From positions 1,736,001 to 1,800,000 of the forward strand of contig JBHGNT010000016.1 of the NCBI GenBank assembly GCA_043228905.1: 64,000 nt of DNA, written 5' to 3'. Each line of letters starts with the position of its first letter. Position 1 is the first letter of the stretch. Below the pieces are notes generated by a model, which did no database searches, was not told the origin of the DNA, and saw nothing but the letters and a program-made list of their open reading frames with translations. Source of the stretch: Azolla caroliniana. Lineage: Eukaryota; Plantae; Polypodiophyta. The position numbers and the translations under genes were made by a program. Below are positions 25,389-36,977 of this stretch, piece after piece.

Positions 25389-27698
25389 CTATAGTTTCTT
25401 ACGAACAGCATATTTAAGCCTCATGGTTTCAACGTTTTCTGCATCCTCTTGCATACCAGAAGCTGAAAAAATATGAGACATAAAGGTGTAAGCCGTAGCA
25501 CAACTATTATCTAGTTGTATAATCTGATCAAATGCCAATCTCCCGAGAGCCACATTACCCCATGTTCTACAAGCACTCAATAAGGCGAGCCATAACATAG
25601 GATAATCATACGATGGGATCACTTCAATCACTGACATTACCTTCTCAAAGTGGCCTGAAGATCCATACACTGCCACCATACAAGTATGGTGGTCTACACT
25701 TGGAACAATACCATACATTTTTGTCATATTCCCGAAAAGCATTTCTGCTTCACCCCATAGCCCCACATGACTACATGCTGTCATAGCACAAAGGAACGTG
25801 ACTTCATTTGGAACAATGCCCTCGATATGCATACATTCAAAACAGTTCAATGCCTCATAAGCTTTCCCTTGCTGGGCGTACCCTGAAATCAATGCATTCC
25901 ATGAAACTACATCACGAACAAGAAGCTCTTCAAGGGCTTCTCGTGCTTGTGCCAGCATACCACATTTTGAATACATATCCACCAAAGAGTTACCAAGCAC
26001 GATGTCTGTATCCAGCAAGCCTCTCCCCATAATTTCTAGGTGAATTTTCTTGCCTTTGTCAACAGCTCCCGTGTCTCCACATGCCTTCAAGACACAAATG
26101 AAAGTTACAACATCTAGACAAAACCCCTCACTTTGCATCTTTTCAAAACAGTCCAACGCTTCATGACATTGGCCTATTTGAACATATCCTGAAATGACCG
26201 CAGACCAACCGACCATCGTACGAAGAGGAAGATCTTCGAGCACTTCTTGGGCTTTTGTAAGTGCACCGCATTTCACATACATGTCCAATAAAGCATTTCC
26301 GATTACAGTATCCTTCTCTAATAAGCATCTACCTACAATGTCCTCATGAATTTGTTTGCCCTTTTCTATAGCTCCTATACTGCCACATGCCTTTAAGGTG
26401 CATATCAAAGTGACCACATTCGGAAACAAACCCTCACTTTGCATCTGCTCAAAACATTTGAGAGCTTCATGACCTAGACCTTGTTGGGCATACCCTGAAA
26501 TTAGTGCAGACCAAGATATTACATCTCGTATTGGAAGATCTTTGAGCACTTTATTCGCTTTTGACAGTGCACCACATTTTATATACATATCTACCAAGGC
26601 GGTGCCGACTGTAATATCCATCTGCAACAATCCTCTAGACACAATGTCATCATGAATTTGTCTTCCCTTATCCATATAAGCACCTATTTTACCACATGCC
26701 TTCAGAATGCAAATGAATGTGACTGTATCTGGAGTTACACCTTCACTTTGCATTTGGTCAAAACAATCGAGTGCTTCATGAAATCCCCCGTGTTTGGCAT
26801 ACCCTGAAATTAATGCATTCCAAGAGACCACATTACGAAGAGGTAGATCTTCAAGAACCTGTTGTGCTCTTGTAAGCACACCACACTTAGCATACATATC
26901 CACTAGAGCAGAGCCAAGCATAACATTCTTCTCTAGAAAACCCCTAGTTAGGATCTCATCATGAATTTGTTTGCCCTTATCTATAGCTCCTATGCCAGCA
27001 CACGCCTTCAAGAGACAAGTGAAGGTGACCACGTTCGGAGAAAGTCCTTCACTTTTCATCGCCACGAGGCAATCCAATGCTTCCTGACCATGTCCTTGTT
27101 GGGCATACCCAGCAATGAGAGTTGACCAAGTGATGACATTTCGAAAAGGAAGCTCTTGGAGCACTTTGCATGCATATGAAAGCATTTGACACTTTGCATA
27201 CATGTCTATCAAAGCATTTCCAAGTACAATGTCCTTCTCCAGCAAGCCCCTACTAACAATTTCATCATGAATTTGCTTGCCCTTCTCTATAGTTCCTATG
27301 CTTCCACAAGCCTTCAACATACACGTGAAAGTGATTGCATCTGCAAAAATCCCCTCACTTCTCATTCGTTCAAAGCTATCCAATGCTTGATGGCCTTGGC
27401 CTTGTTGAACATACCCTGTGATCAATGCATTCCAAGAGACTACCTCCCGAACATGAAGTTCTTCGAGAACCTTTTGTGCTTTTGTGATCTCACCACATTT
27501 GGTATACATATCAATTAAACTGCTTGCGAGATAAGGACTGTTTTCAAGTAATTGTCTTTCCAAAATATCTCTATGGAGTCTCTCTCCATTGTAAAGATCC
27601 TTCTTCTTTGCACAAGACTTAAGCCATGCTACAAAAGTAGCATTTGTTAGTCTTCTTGTCATATTATCCCCTTGGGTTGATGTATGCGATCCCCCCAT
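25389..27698 (-). CDS. PLS-class PPR protein with E1/E2 domains, no DYW (organellar RNA-editing factor), 769 aa
   Basis: Intronless ORF with L-S, five P-L-S triplets, P2-L2-S2, E1 (LWLALLSACRTWGNVALG) and E2 (AYTFMSHIFSASG). It stops before the PG box. Confidence 0.95.
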   Translation of the reverse strand: MGGSHTSTQGDNMTRRLTNATFVAWLKSCAKKKDLYNGERLHRDILERQLLENSPYLASSLIDMYTKCGEITKAQKVLEELHVREVVSWNALITGYVQQGQGHQALDSFERMRSEGIFADAITFTCMLKACGSIGTIEKGKQIHDEIVSRGLLEKDIVLGNALIDMYAKCQMLSYACKVLQELPFRNVITWSTLIAGYAQQGHGQEALDCLVAMKSEGLSPNVVTFTCLLKACAGIGAIDKGKQIHDEILTRGFLEKNVMLGSALVDMYAKCGVLTRAQQVLEDLPLRNVVSWNALISGYAKHGGFHEALDCFDQMQSEGVTPDTVTFICILKACGKIGAYMDKGRQIHDDIVSRGLLQMDITVGTALVDMYIKCGALSKANKVLKDLPIRDVISWSALISGYAQQGLGHEALKCFEQMQSEGLFPNVVTLICTLKACGSIGAIEKGKQIHEDIVGRCLLEKDTVIGNALLDMYVKCGALTKAQEVLEDLPLRTMVGWSAVISGYVQIGQCHEALDCFEKMQSEGFCLDVVTFICVLKACGDTGAVDKGKKIHLEIMGRGLLDTDIVLGNSLVDMYSKCGMLAQAREALEELLVRDVVSWNALISGYAQQGKAYEALNCFECMHIEGIVPNEVTFLCAMTACSHVGLWGEAEMLFGNMTKMYGIVPSVDHHTCMVAVYGSSGHFEKVMSVIEVIPSYDYPMLWLALLSACRTWGNVALGRLAFDQIIQLDNSCATAYTFMSHIFSASGMQEDAENVETMRLKYAVRKKL

Positions 27699-30123
27699 TT
27701 CTCTTGGCTTTCACTCATGATGAGTGCATGTTTTAGAATGATTTTGTAGTGAAGTGTGGTAATCTAGAGCTACGTTTCTGTACCAAAACCACTGAAACAA
27801 GCCTTCATATGTTATAGAACTAGCATAAATGCCAGTTGTATACCCAGAGAAGATTGAGAAATGCAATCCTAATCATCATACCATATATACGGAAATAAGG
27901 TTATCCTATCTAGGGTAAGTATAAAAGAAGGCACCTCATGCTAAAGGCACGATGTGAAAGCCTTGCCTTCATATGTGCATCAGCATTTGTAATGCTAATT
28001 AATGTATATACATGGCAATGCAGTAGTAAAATATGGGTTGTGATGGTTTAATGTTGATGTCATTGTAAAAGTATTCATGCATAACATTATTCATAGAGGC
28101 ACTGACCTAATATGTGTCTCCTAAAAACCTTTCATAAATTCAAAGTTCTAAAAACCCAAAGAGTTATATAAGCCAATAATGCCAACAAAGAAGAAGTTGG
28201 AAATTAATAAAATATCACTTTTCTCATTTACAAATGGTAATTTCCAATCCAATTTGCACAAGAAAAAGGTTTATAAGATAATGCTAAAAAACTGCCCTTC
28301 AAATCTAAGTTCTACAACCGAATGAGCTATGAAGCAATGTAAATAATGAAAGAGATAGAAAGTGGCATTTTTCCTCTCTTCATAAGCAGCTTTCCATATT
28401 CAATTTCCCAAATGCCCAATAAGGTCATAAGGCGGTTGTGAAAAAGGGTTCACAACTTATGAAACATCACAGAAACCTCTGATGTGTGCACCCGATTATT
28501 ATATCTTACCACTGTCACAATGTCAATCTATACATGCTATTTGGTAGAATTGAAACTCACAATACTGAGGAAAACCTATGAGGCATTCTGAAGCTTCCGA
28601 AAACCTATAGGTTGCCCCCATAAATCTAAGCTATTTTTCACAAGATAAAAGCATTATACCTCCATTCTTTCATGCATTCACAACCTTAAAAACAGAGATT
28701 CTGCTAGGATGACAGGAAACAGAACATGTGGTGCATTCCATTGTATACATGCAATATACTTCATGGATTTACTAACCTCATCGCCCGAATCATCAGAAAC
28801 CATCTACATATTGTAGCTCAATAAATCAAAGAGAATGGCCATGGAGATTACCGGAATTTCCACACTATTTCACCAAATGCCTTTGTTGTCTCTTTACAGT
28901 TTTCACACTATTGTCCTATCAAAAACTTAGGGCCATCTCGGAAGATAAATAAAACCTCGTTTTTTACACGATGCATATGCCCAAGTGTTTCGGTTGTATA
29001 ACGAATTTATATAAGTTTGGGTCTATGGCCAACCCCACAAGTAAATATTCTCTAAATGTTTTTGTGTTTGTAGTTAGCTACGCCATAGATGGTGCCATGG
29101 GCATTGTAAGAAACTTATACAGAGACGAGATTATCTGTGGAGATTTTGGGTCATTAGTAGGTATTCACGTAGATCAATTCTTCATATGGACAATACTTAA
29201 TCAAACAACACTGCATGATCCGGATAAATCTTATAAAAATGATTAGGTATCATCGCACAAAGCTTAATCCAGTAGCAATACATGATTTTGGCTTTTAGAC
29301 GGGAATTTACCTTTACGAGAATGCAAGCAAGAGTAAAGGTACACGATGTGAGAAGATCTTATTTGATGGTTAGTGAACATGACACATGGGTAGAAAAAGG
29401 ATACTTATTGTTCAATTGGCGCCACATTTTTTATGATCATTTTTCTACATCAATGATAATATTTTTCTTACTAAGGCAACCAAAAGATGCTTGTCTTGCA
29501 AATTACATTTCTGCCAATTGTACATAATTTACCCAATTGCAAGGTGAGGAAAGTAATTGTCATTATTATGTATTGCCAAATTCCTATATCAAAACAATAC
29601 TTCAAACCTTTTCAATACATACGTTGATAATCCATAAAACCTAGAATAGTACCATGAGCCATTTCACATTTGGGGCACCCTTGGTTCTCGATCACCATTA
29701 CATTACATACATGCATTATCGATATCTACAGCTCCGTAGTGGCTAGCTTTGGCATGGGGCAACAAGCATTTCCATGCTCCTCACGGTTTGCATAATTACG
29801 TGGATACCCCTCAGATTTAAGTAAATACCCAAAACACCCATCTGTCTGCCTGCTTCTTAAGAGTACCAAATCTATCCCTCTGTAGCTATCTGGTATGGAA
29901 TCAAATTGTGCACTCATGGGTGCTTACCTCAGGTATGGTTTCTCTTCCTCTTGTGAGAATAATGGTAATAGTGATGGTGACGATGATGGTGACGGCGATG
30001 GCGGTAGTGATGATGATAGTCATAATAATGACAATAGTAGTAAATATGAACTTGACATTTTGGACATGGAGAGTGAAATCCCTTTGCAGATTTTCACGAT
30101 CTGAGCTTCTCTGCTACCAATCA

Positions 30124-32997
30124 ATGGAGAAGATCAGATATGAGAATGACAAGGAAGATCTTAACTTAGTGGGCATTATCAAGGAATGTGCCAATAAGAA
30201 GGATCTATGCAAAGGAAGTAAAATCCATGCTGAGATCTTGAGGAATGGGCTCATTGAGAAGAGCCCTTACCTAGCAAACAATCTGATCAGAATGTATGTA
30301 AAATGTGGTTCAATTCCAAAAGCTAAAGAAGTGCTAGAAGAACTTCCTATCAGAGACATATTATGTTTCAATGCATTGATAGCAGGCTATGCCCAACAAG
30401 GCCAAGGCTGTGAAGCTTTGAAATGTTTTGAGAGAATGCGAAATGAAGGTATCTATCCAGATGCTTTGACATTCACTTGCATCTTGAATGCTTGTGTTAA
30501 AACTAGAGATATTGGAAAAGGGAAACAAATTCACTATGAGATTATGGATAGGGGACTTTTAGAGAAGGATATTGTGCTTGGAAATGCTTTAGTCAATATG
30601 TATGCCAAATGTGATTTGGTTTCAAGGGCAAATCAAGTCCTGGAAGAGATTCCGGTTCGTAATGCTGTCTCTTGGTCTACACTTATCGCATGTTATGCTC
30701 AACTAGGACAAGGTCATGAAGCATTGAATTGTTTCAGACAGATGCAAAATGAGGGTCTCTCTCCGGATGCAATCACTTTGACTTGCGTTTTGAAGGCATG
30801 TGGAAACATGGGAGATATAGACAAGGGCAAGGAAATCCATCATGAAATTGTAAGGAAGGAGCTATTAGAAAAGGATGTTATAGTTGGAAGTGCTTTGGTG
30901 GATATGTATACTAAATGTGGTTTGCTTGAAGAAGCATGGAAAGTCTTAGAAAAAGTTCCTATTAGGAACGTTATATCTTGGTCTTCAGTGATTGCAGGGT
31001 ATGCTCAGGTAGGGCAAGGACATGAAGCAATGAACTGTTTTGAACAGATGAAATATGAAGGCCTACATCCGGATGTGATCAGCTTTGTTTCTATTCTTCA
31101 GGCATGTGTTATAATAGGAGCCATAGACAAGGGCAAACAACTTCATGATGACATTGTGAGAAGGGGATTGCTGAAGAAGAATGCTTTGCTTGGCAATGCT
31201 TTGATAGATATGTATGCCAAATTTGGTGTGCTTGCAAAAGCAAAGCAAGTGCTTGCAGAGCTTCCTGTTCGGGATGCAGTCTCTTGGTCTACACTAATCG
31301 CAGGGTATACTCAAGAAGGACAAGGATATGAAGCACTAGAATGTTTTGAGCAAATGCAAAGCGAGGGTTTCTCTCCTGATGTTATCACTTTTATTTGTAT
31401 ATTGAATGCTTGTGGCAGCATAGGTTCTATAGACAAGGGTACAAGAGTTCATAATGCAGTCATGAGTATGGGATTTCTTGAAGATCTTGTGCTTGGCAAT
31501 GCTTTGATGGATATGTATGTGAAATGTAGTGTGCTGGAAAAAGCACACAAGGTGCTCAAAGAACTTCCTGTTCGAGAAGTGGTATCATGGAATGTTCTCA
31601 TTGCAGGGTATGCCACAAAGCAAGGGCAATGCCACAAAGCACTGAACTGTTTTGAAAGGATGCAAAGTGAGGGACTTTGCCCAGATGTAATCACCTTTGT
31701 TTCCATATTGAAGGCTTGTGGTACCAGAGGAATGATAGACAATGGCAAACAGATCCATAGAAAGATCTTGGGTAGGGGCTTGCTAGGTAAGGGAACTATG
31801 CTCGGCAATGCTTTGATCGATATGTATGCAAAATGTGGTATATTTTCAGAAGCTGAAAAGGTTCTCAAAGGATTATCTGATCGAGACGTAGTCTCTTGGA
31901 ATGCACTAATTGCAGGGTATGCCCAACAAGGACAAGGTAACGAAGTAGTAAATTGCGTTAAATTGATGCAAACAGAGGGTCTGTGCCCAAACACAATCAC
32001 TTTCCTTTGCCTCTTGAAGGTTCTCGGAAGGACGCAAGCCATAGACATGGGCAGAGAAGTTCACGATGATATTGTGGATAGGGGTTTACTGGACAAGGAT
32101 ATCAGAGTTGGAAATTCTTTGGTTTATATGTATGGGAAGTGTGGTATGCTTGCGAAAGCACAAGAGGTGCTAGAAGAGCTGCCTATTCGAGACGTGGTGT
32201 CTTGGAATACACTAATTGCAGGGTACGGTCAACAAGAGCAGTGTCAAGAAGCATGGGATTGTTTTGAACAGATGCAGAATGAGGGCCTTTATCCTGATGT
32301 AGTTACCTTCATTTGTATCTTAAAGGCTTGTGGGAGCACCGGAGCAATAGATAAGGGGAAACAGATCCATGAGAGTATCATAAATAAATGTTTGTTGAGG
32401 AATGATATTGTTCTTGGAAATGCGTTGGTCAATATGTATGCCAAATGTGGTGTGCTTGCAAGAGCTCGGAAGGTGCTGGAGGAGCTTCCAGTACGCGATG
32501 TAGTCTCTTGGAATGCACTTCTTGCAGGATATGCTCAACATGGGCATGGTCCTGAAGCATTGAACTGTTTTGAAAAGATGCAAAACGAAGGTCTCATTCC
32601 AAATGTTGTCACACTTTTGTGTGTACTAAGTGCATGTAGTCGCTCAGGTCAATTGAATGAGGCCCAAATGCTTTTCAACAATATGACCACTAAATATGGT
32701 ATTAATCCAACTTTGGAACATTATACTTGCATGGTAGTCATTCTTGGAAATGTGGGGTGCTTTGACTATGTGATATCAGCGATTGAAGGGATGCCGTTGT
32801 CTGATTCTCTTGCAGTTTGGCTTGCAGTATTGTCCGCTTGTAGAAAATGTGGGAATGTGAAGCTAGGTATGTTGGCTTTTCATCAAGCAATGCGATTAGA
32901 TGGCAGTTGCTCTGCAGCTTATGTGCTTATGGCTAACATTTTTGCATCTGCCGACATGCAAGGGGACATGGATAAAGGTTTCAACATGTACGATTGA
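30124..32997 (+). CDS. PLS-class PPR protein with E1/E2 domains, no DYW; start codon uncertain
   Basis: Intronless ORF, open from 29908, with L-S, seven P-L-S triplets, P2-L2-S2, E1 (VWLAVLSACRKCGNVKLG) and E2 (AAYVLMANIFASA). The ATG at 30124 is the last one before the repeats. Confidence 0.93.
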   Translation: MEKIRYENDKEDLNLVGIIKECANKKDLCKGSKIHAEILRNGLIEKSPYLANNLIRMYVKCGSIPKAKEVLEELPIRDILCFNALIAGYAQQGQGCEALKCFERMRNEGIYPDALTFTCILNACVKTRDIGKGKQIHYEIMDRGLLEKDIVLGNALVNMYAKCDLVSRANQVLEEIPVRNAVSWSTLIACYAQLGQGHEALNCFRQMQNEGLSPDAITLTCVLKACGNMGDIDKGKEIHHEIVRKELLEKDVIVGSALVDMYTKCGLLEEAWKVLEKVPIRNVISWSSVIAGYAQVGQGHEAMNCFEQMKYEGLHPDVISFVSILQACVIIGAIDKGKQLHDDIVRRGLLKKNALLGNALIDMYAKFGVLAKAKQVLAELPVRDAVSWSTLIAGYTQEGQGYEALECFEQMQSEGFSPDVITFICILNACGSIGSIDKGTRVHNAVMSMGFLEDLVLGNALMDMYVKCSVLEKAHKVLKELPVREVVSWNVLIAGYATKQGQCHKALNCFERMQSEGLCPDVITFVSILKACGTRGMIDNGKQIHRKILGRGLLGKGTMLGNALIDMYAKCGIFSEAEKVLKGLSDRDVVSWNALIAGYAQQGQGNEVVNCVKLMQTEGLCPNTITFLCLLKVLGRTQAIDMGREVHDDIVDRGLLDKDIRVGNSLVYMYGKCGMLAKAQEVLEELPIRDVVSWNTLIAGYGQQEQCQEAWDCFEQMQNEGLYPDVVTFICILKACGSTGAIDKGKQIHESIINKCLLRNDIVLGNALVNMYAKCGVLARARKVLEELPVRDVVSWNALLAGYAQHGHGPEALNCFEKMQNEGLIPNVVTLLCVLSACSRSGQLNEAQMLFNNMTTKYGINPTLEHYTCMVVILGNVGCFDYVISAIEGMPLSDSLAVWLAVLSACRKCGNVKLGMLAFHQAMRLDGSCSAAYVLMANIFASADMQGDMDKGFNMYD

Positions 32998-34360
32998 AAA
33001 AATCAGTCTTCGAATAAGGGAGGAAATAATAGATTGTAGATGTAACATATATGCAAAGAAGAGTTATCGTTCTCCTTACAAGAACAACATTTTACAGTGA
33101 ATATGCACTTTAAAACATTTTTAGATTCATGGAAAACAAGATGTGCCACATGGGTTCAGTCAGAATTCACTATGCATAACAACAGTGTTTCAGCGAAAGA
33201 CACGAAGTGAACGATCCACTTTTGATGTATATGGAGGAGACTTGTACGTAACGGCCCACGGCGACTAACATAGAACCAACATTAATCCAATTTTATATCA
33301 TAATTGTGAAAGCTAAGCTATGGCTGCAGCATGTATCCCAGCCATGATTAAACAAAACATGTATATTAACCTCTAGAAGTGTATGGACATAAATACTAAA
33401 GTCATGACATCCAAATGATAATTTTTCTTGGAGCTCTAATCCATGTGTCAATCAATCTTAAGGTATATTATTTCTAATGATTCAAAGTAAGGTGCTTGCT
33501 AAGAGGGCCAAAACCTAGAAGTTCATATACGCTATAAAATGGACCAAATAGAGTTCTAATTCATAAACATTATTTGCTGTTTTGTAAAGAGTACTTGCAA
33601 ATTACAAATAAATAAGATATTGAGAATTGACTAGATATGCATATAGAGTTACACTCAAAGATATATATGTGTCAATATAAACTTTCTATTACATATGAGA
33701 ATTGCTCACAATTGTACTCTTACCTTAGAGCTTCAATGGCATCTAGGCTCGTCGACTACAGAGTTGATTGACATAGATAAGAGTCACAATAGTTGTGTTA
33801 GAGAGAGGGAGGATATCAAGATTCTGTAATTGGTCTTATTGTAATTTGTCACATTAAATGCGCAAATCAATGGATAATAATGGGGATATTCCTTATCTAT
33901 CAATTGACTTATTGTTTAATTTGACTTAGCTTCATAGATACAAGCTAGTGCTAGATAATACTTATATTCAAGTCAATGGAACATATATTAAGAGTAAGGA
34001 CCTCTTAACCAATCAACAACACATCTATCCTAAATACATTCTATCTTACTCTTATCTATGGTTTCCCACATTGACATCTCATTGATCACAATAGGTATTC
34101 ATCATTTGGGGTGTGGCTATCACAAAATGTGCACTCTAAGAATACATGTGGGGGATAAACTAACAACTAGGGGATGATCGTTGGCTATCTCTAATAAGCT
34201 CTACTATTTTGTTCTAGAGTAAGGATCTCTTCTTTGCACATTTTGGTTTATGTTAATATTTTGCGGGAAAATCAAGAGACGTTCAATTTTTGCTATGTTG
34301 GCTACGCATTCATTGGAAACATATCCTCATGGTGTGAAGATTGTGCATAGTTTCTTCACC

Positions 34361-34759
34361 TCCAAAAGTGTAGTGCATTATAGATTCTTTTTAGCATTAG
34401 TGCCTTATGGCCAACAAGGAGTGCAAGTCAGTACACCGCTCGAATACGGAGCATGTCCACTCTCGATAGCAATGGCCCCTTGAAACCATTACTATCATGG
34501 ATGTAACCAGAACTTCCCGATAGGTCACCCATCCCAATATTGTTCTAGCTCAAGCACGCTTAACTAGCAATGCTTGAATGAAGCATCCAAACAACCACAA
34601 AACTCATGGCATGTGAGTTGCCAAGGTAGGTAGGAATGTGCTACACATTGATCCCCGGCAAGTGGTTGGCGGTCACCCGCAAGTGGGTGGTATACTAACT
34701 ACAGACATCACACCTAGGTCTATAGCGTGGTCCGTATTCCAAAAGTGTAGTGCATTATA
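34361..34759 (-). mobile_element. Cassandra-like TRIM fragment carrying a 5S rRNA-derived segment
   Basis: Minus strand 34565-34499 reads AGTTAAGCGTGCTTGAGCTAGAACAATATTGGGATGGGTGACCTATCGGGAAGTTCTGGTTACATCC, aligning with the 3' half (A/IE/C boxes) of plant 5S rRNA. A 22-bp direct repeat lies at 34361-34382 and 34738-34759. Confidence 0.75.
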
Positions 34760-36192
34760 AACATTGGGAAGGTTAACTCTGCAGACAATACACACATTCT
34801 CCGTCATTCACTTAATTAGAATTCCATGACAACCAGCCCATGGAAGGTAATGGCAATGACAATTAGATACAATAGAAGCACCATGAAATATGATGCTATA
34901 AAACGCATGGAATCCAAGGAGCTAAGGATGGGGACATAATCACAGTGATTTTTCGAAAGCCCATTGGCACCAAAAAACTATGTAGTTGTGCTCTGAATCA
35001 GTTGTTGGGCAACAGAAGCGTGCTGTTGGGGTTGGGGATTGGGGGGATTTCCTATAAAATAGCACAAAATTCCATTGGGTTTTTGTGCAGCATCCCTTTC
35101 TTGATTTCATCAAGCTTGTGTATATAAAATAAAAGAGCACAGAAATCCTGTACACACCAATGTTTGACAGGTTTATTTGATACGAGTAAAGAAAGCAGCA
35201 ATGGTTTTTTTAATCATTGGAATCCGTTGTGTAAAGGAGGAATAAATCCTCCTCCTGACAAACAGGCCAGATCACTAGGAACATTCTCTGGTGTTGATCT
35301 CATATATCAATCGAGTGGTAAAAATGCAAAAATGCGTTCATAAATGTCAGATTGACTGACTTTCATTGATTTTCGACAGCTCGCATCAATATTCCCAAAC
35401 AGATAAATTACTGACACACCATTGAATTTGCTCACATTCATCAATTTGCCAGTCGCAAATCCAATGAAAAATTACAAACTACTCTACTGAGTTTGGTGAT
35501 ATTTTTCTCTGAATTAAATTTCTCTGCTCCTTTCATGCATAAAATTTTGATAAGAGAGAGAATCACAAATTTGGTACAAACACAAGGAAAAACCACATTG
35601 ATTTCTTTTACGGTGAAGTATACCATTCCAGGAACAAAACACGCACAGCTTTAAAAAGTCAGGTTTTTTCTACTCGAATCTATAGACGATCGTGAAACGC
35701 GTGAAAGCTTTGTACTCGTCATTAGACGGCCCTGTCAGGGTTTCGAGTTATAAATATTCCAGCAAAAAAGGGTATAGTGCTCAATCATTACAGCAAAAAA
35801 AAATTTAAAAATCACTCATGGGATCTGGGTCGAACTAAAAAAGGACTCGTTAGAGCTTCCGGTTGATATATTTTGGGGCAAAAGTAAAATATGTAACAGA
35901 AACGCACAGGGGTTTAGGGTTGAGGGGGTTCAGGATCAAGGTTTCCAGTCTTTAGGTTAAAGGTTTGGAACCGGGGGGGTTCAGTATTAAGGGATGAGAG
36001 ATTAGGGTTTCAGTAAGTAAAACCGTTCGCTAGGGATTAAGGTTTTAACCATTATGCATATAGATTTGACCTTACTTCGGGGATATGGTCTAGGTCGTAA
36101 GCATCTAAGACGTTTGTAGGGTTTTAACCATATGAAAAACCCGGTTCTGGATCATTAGAGGTTAATCATATGAGGGTCATGTATCAATCATC

Positions 36193-36452
36193 TCAGAAGT
36201 AGCCACCCAGAGAATGAGGGGATATGTCGCCGATATGAAGCTGTTGTTAACAAAGAAAAGAAAACAATAGAATAGAATATGAGTCTTAGGTAGAGAGAGA
36301 AGAAAAAATGGATGGATGGATGAATGAATGATTACCTGTGTAAGATGTGGGCGATGGTAGAAGATACATTCTTGATCTTCACAGAAGGATGTCCACAGCT
36401 TCATGTACAAGCGTTCTGCTGTCTCTAGCAAGAAAGCCAAGAAGAAACCCAT
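36193..36452 (-). CDS. Candidate 54-aa two-exon small protein of unknown family
   Basis: Exon 36452-36336, then a 95-bp U-rich intron (CAG|GTAATC ... AACAACAG|), then exon 36240-36193 ending in TGA. GA-rich leader and TATATA about 140 bp upstream. No family recognised. Confidence 0.45.
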
Positions 36453-36829
36453 ATCTTTCTCCTTTCTTTCTCTCTCTTTGAATGCCTGTGTGTCCGTCTC
36501 TCTCAATCTCTCTGCTCTGTATATTTCTCTGTTTCGATGTAGGAGTGAGAGAGAAACCTGCCATTCCATTCATGTGGGGTGTAGGTGTATATATATATGT
36601 ACATATAGAGATAGATAGATATGGTTTTTGTTTTTGAAAAGAAAAGAAAAGAAAAGAAAAGAAACCCTGTTTTCTTTTGCTTCAAAACCCAGCAAGCTTC
36701 CATTATCATCATTCCAGCGTGATTCAGAGAGAAACAGAGAAGGACAGACAGACAGAGACAGTAGAGAGAGAGAGAGATGATGGGTACATGGATAAAATAT
36801 AACTGCCTTTCCACATTCTCTGTACATTC

Positions 36830-36867
36830 AGACATACATACATACATACATACATACATACATGGGC

Positions 36868-36910
<43 letters not shown>
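36830..36910. repeat. (CATA)n followed by (CAT)n microsatellites
   Basis: Directly visible. These explain the poly-Met, poly-His and poly-Ser ORFs. Confidence 0.95.
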
Positions 36911-36977
36911 TGTGTGTGTGCTTCTTTCTGTGTTTGTTATCTCTCCCTCTTGTGTCTCTCTGTCTCTCTGTCTCTCT

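Noticed and set aside
31063-32583. Antisense ORFs within the PPR gene (also those opposite ClpB, GT34 and the pol genes)
   Set aside because: Shadow frames of real coding sequence with no independent motifs.
34499-34565. Functional 5S rRNA gene
   Set aside because: Only the 3' half is present, with substitutions, no T-run terminator and no tandem array.
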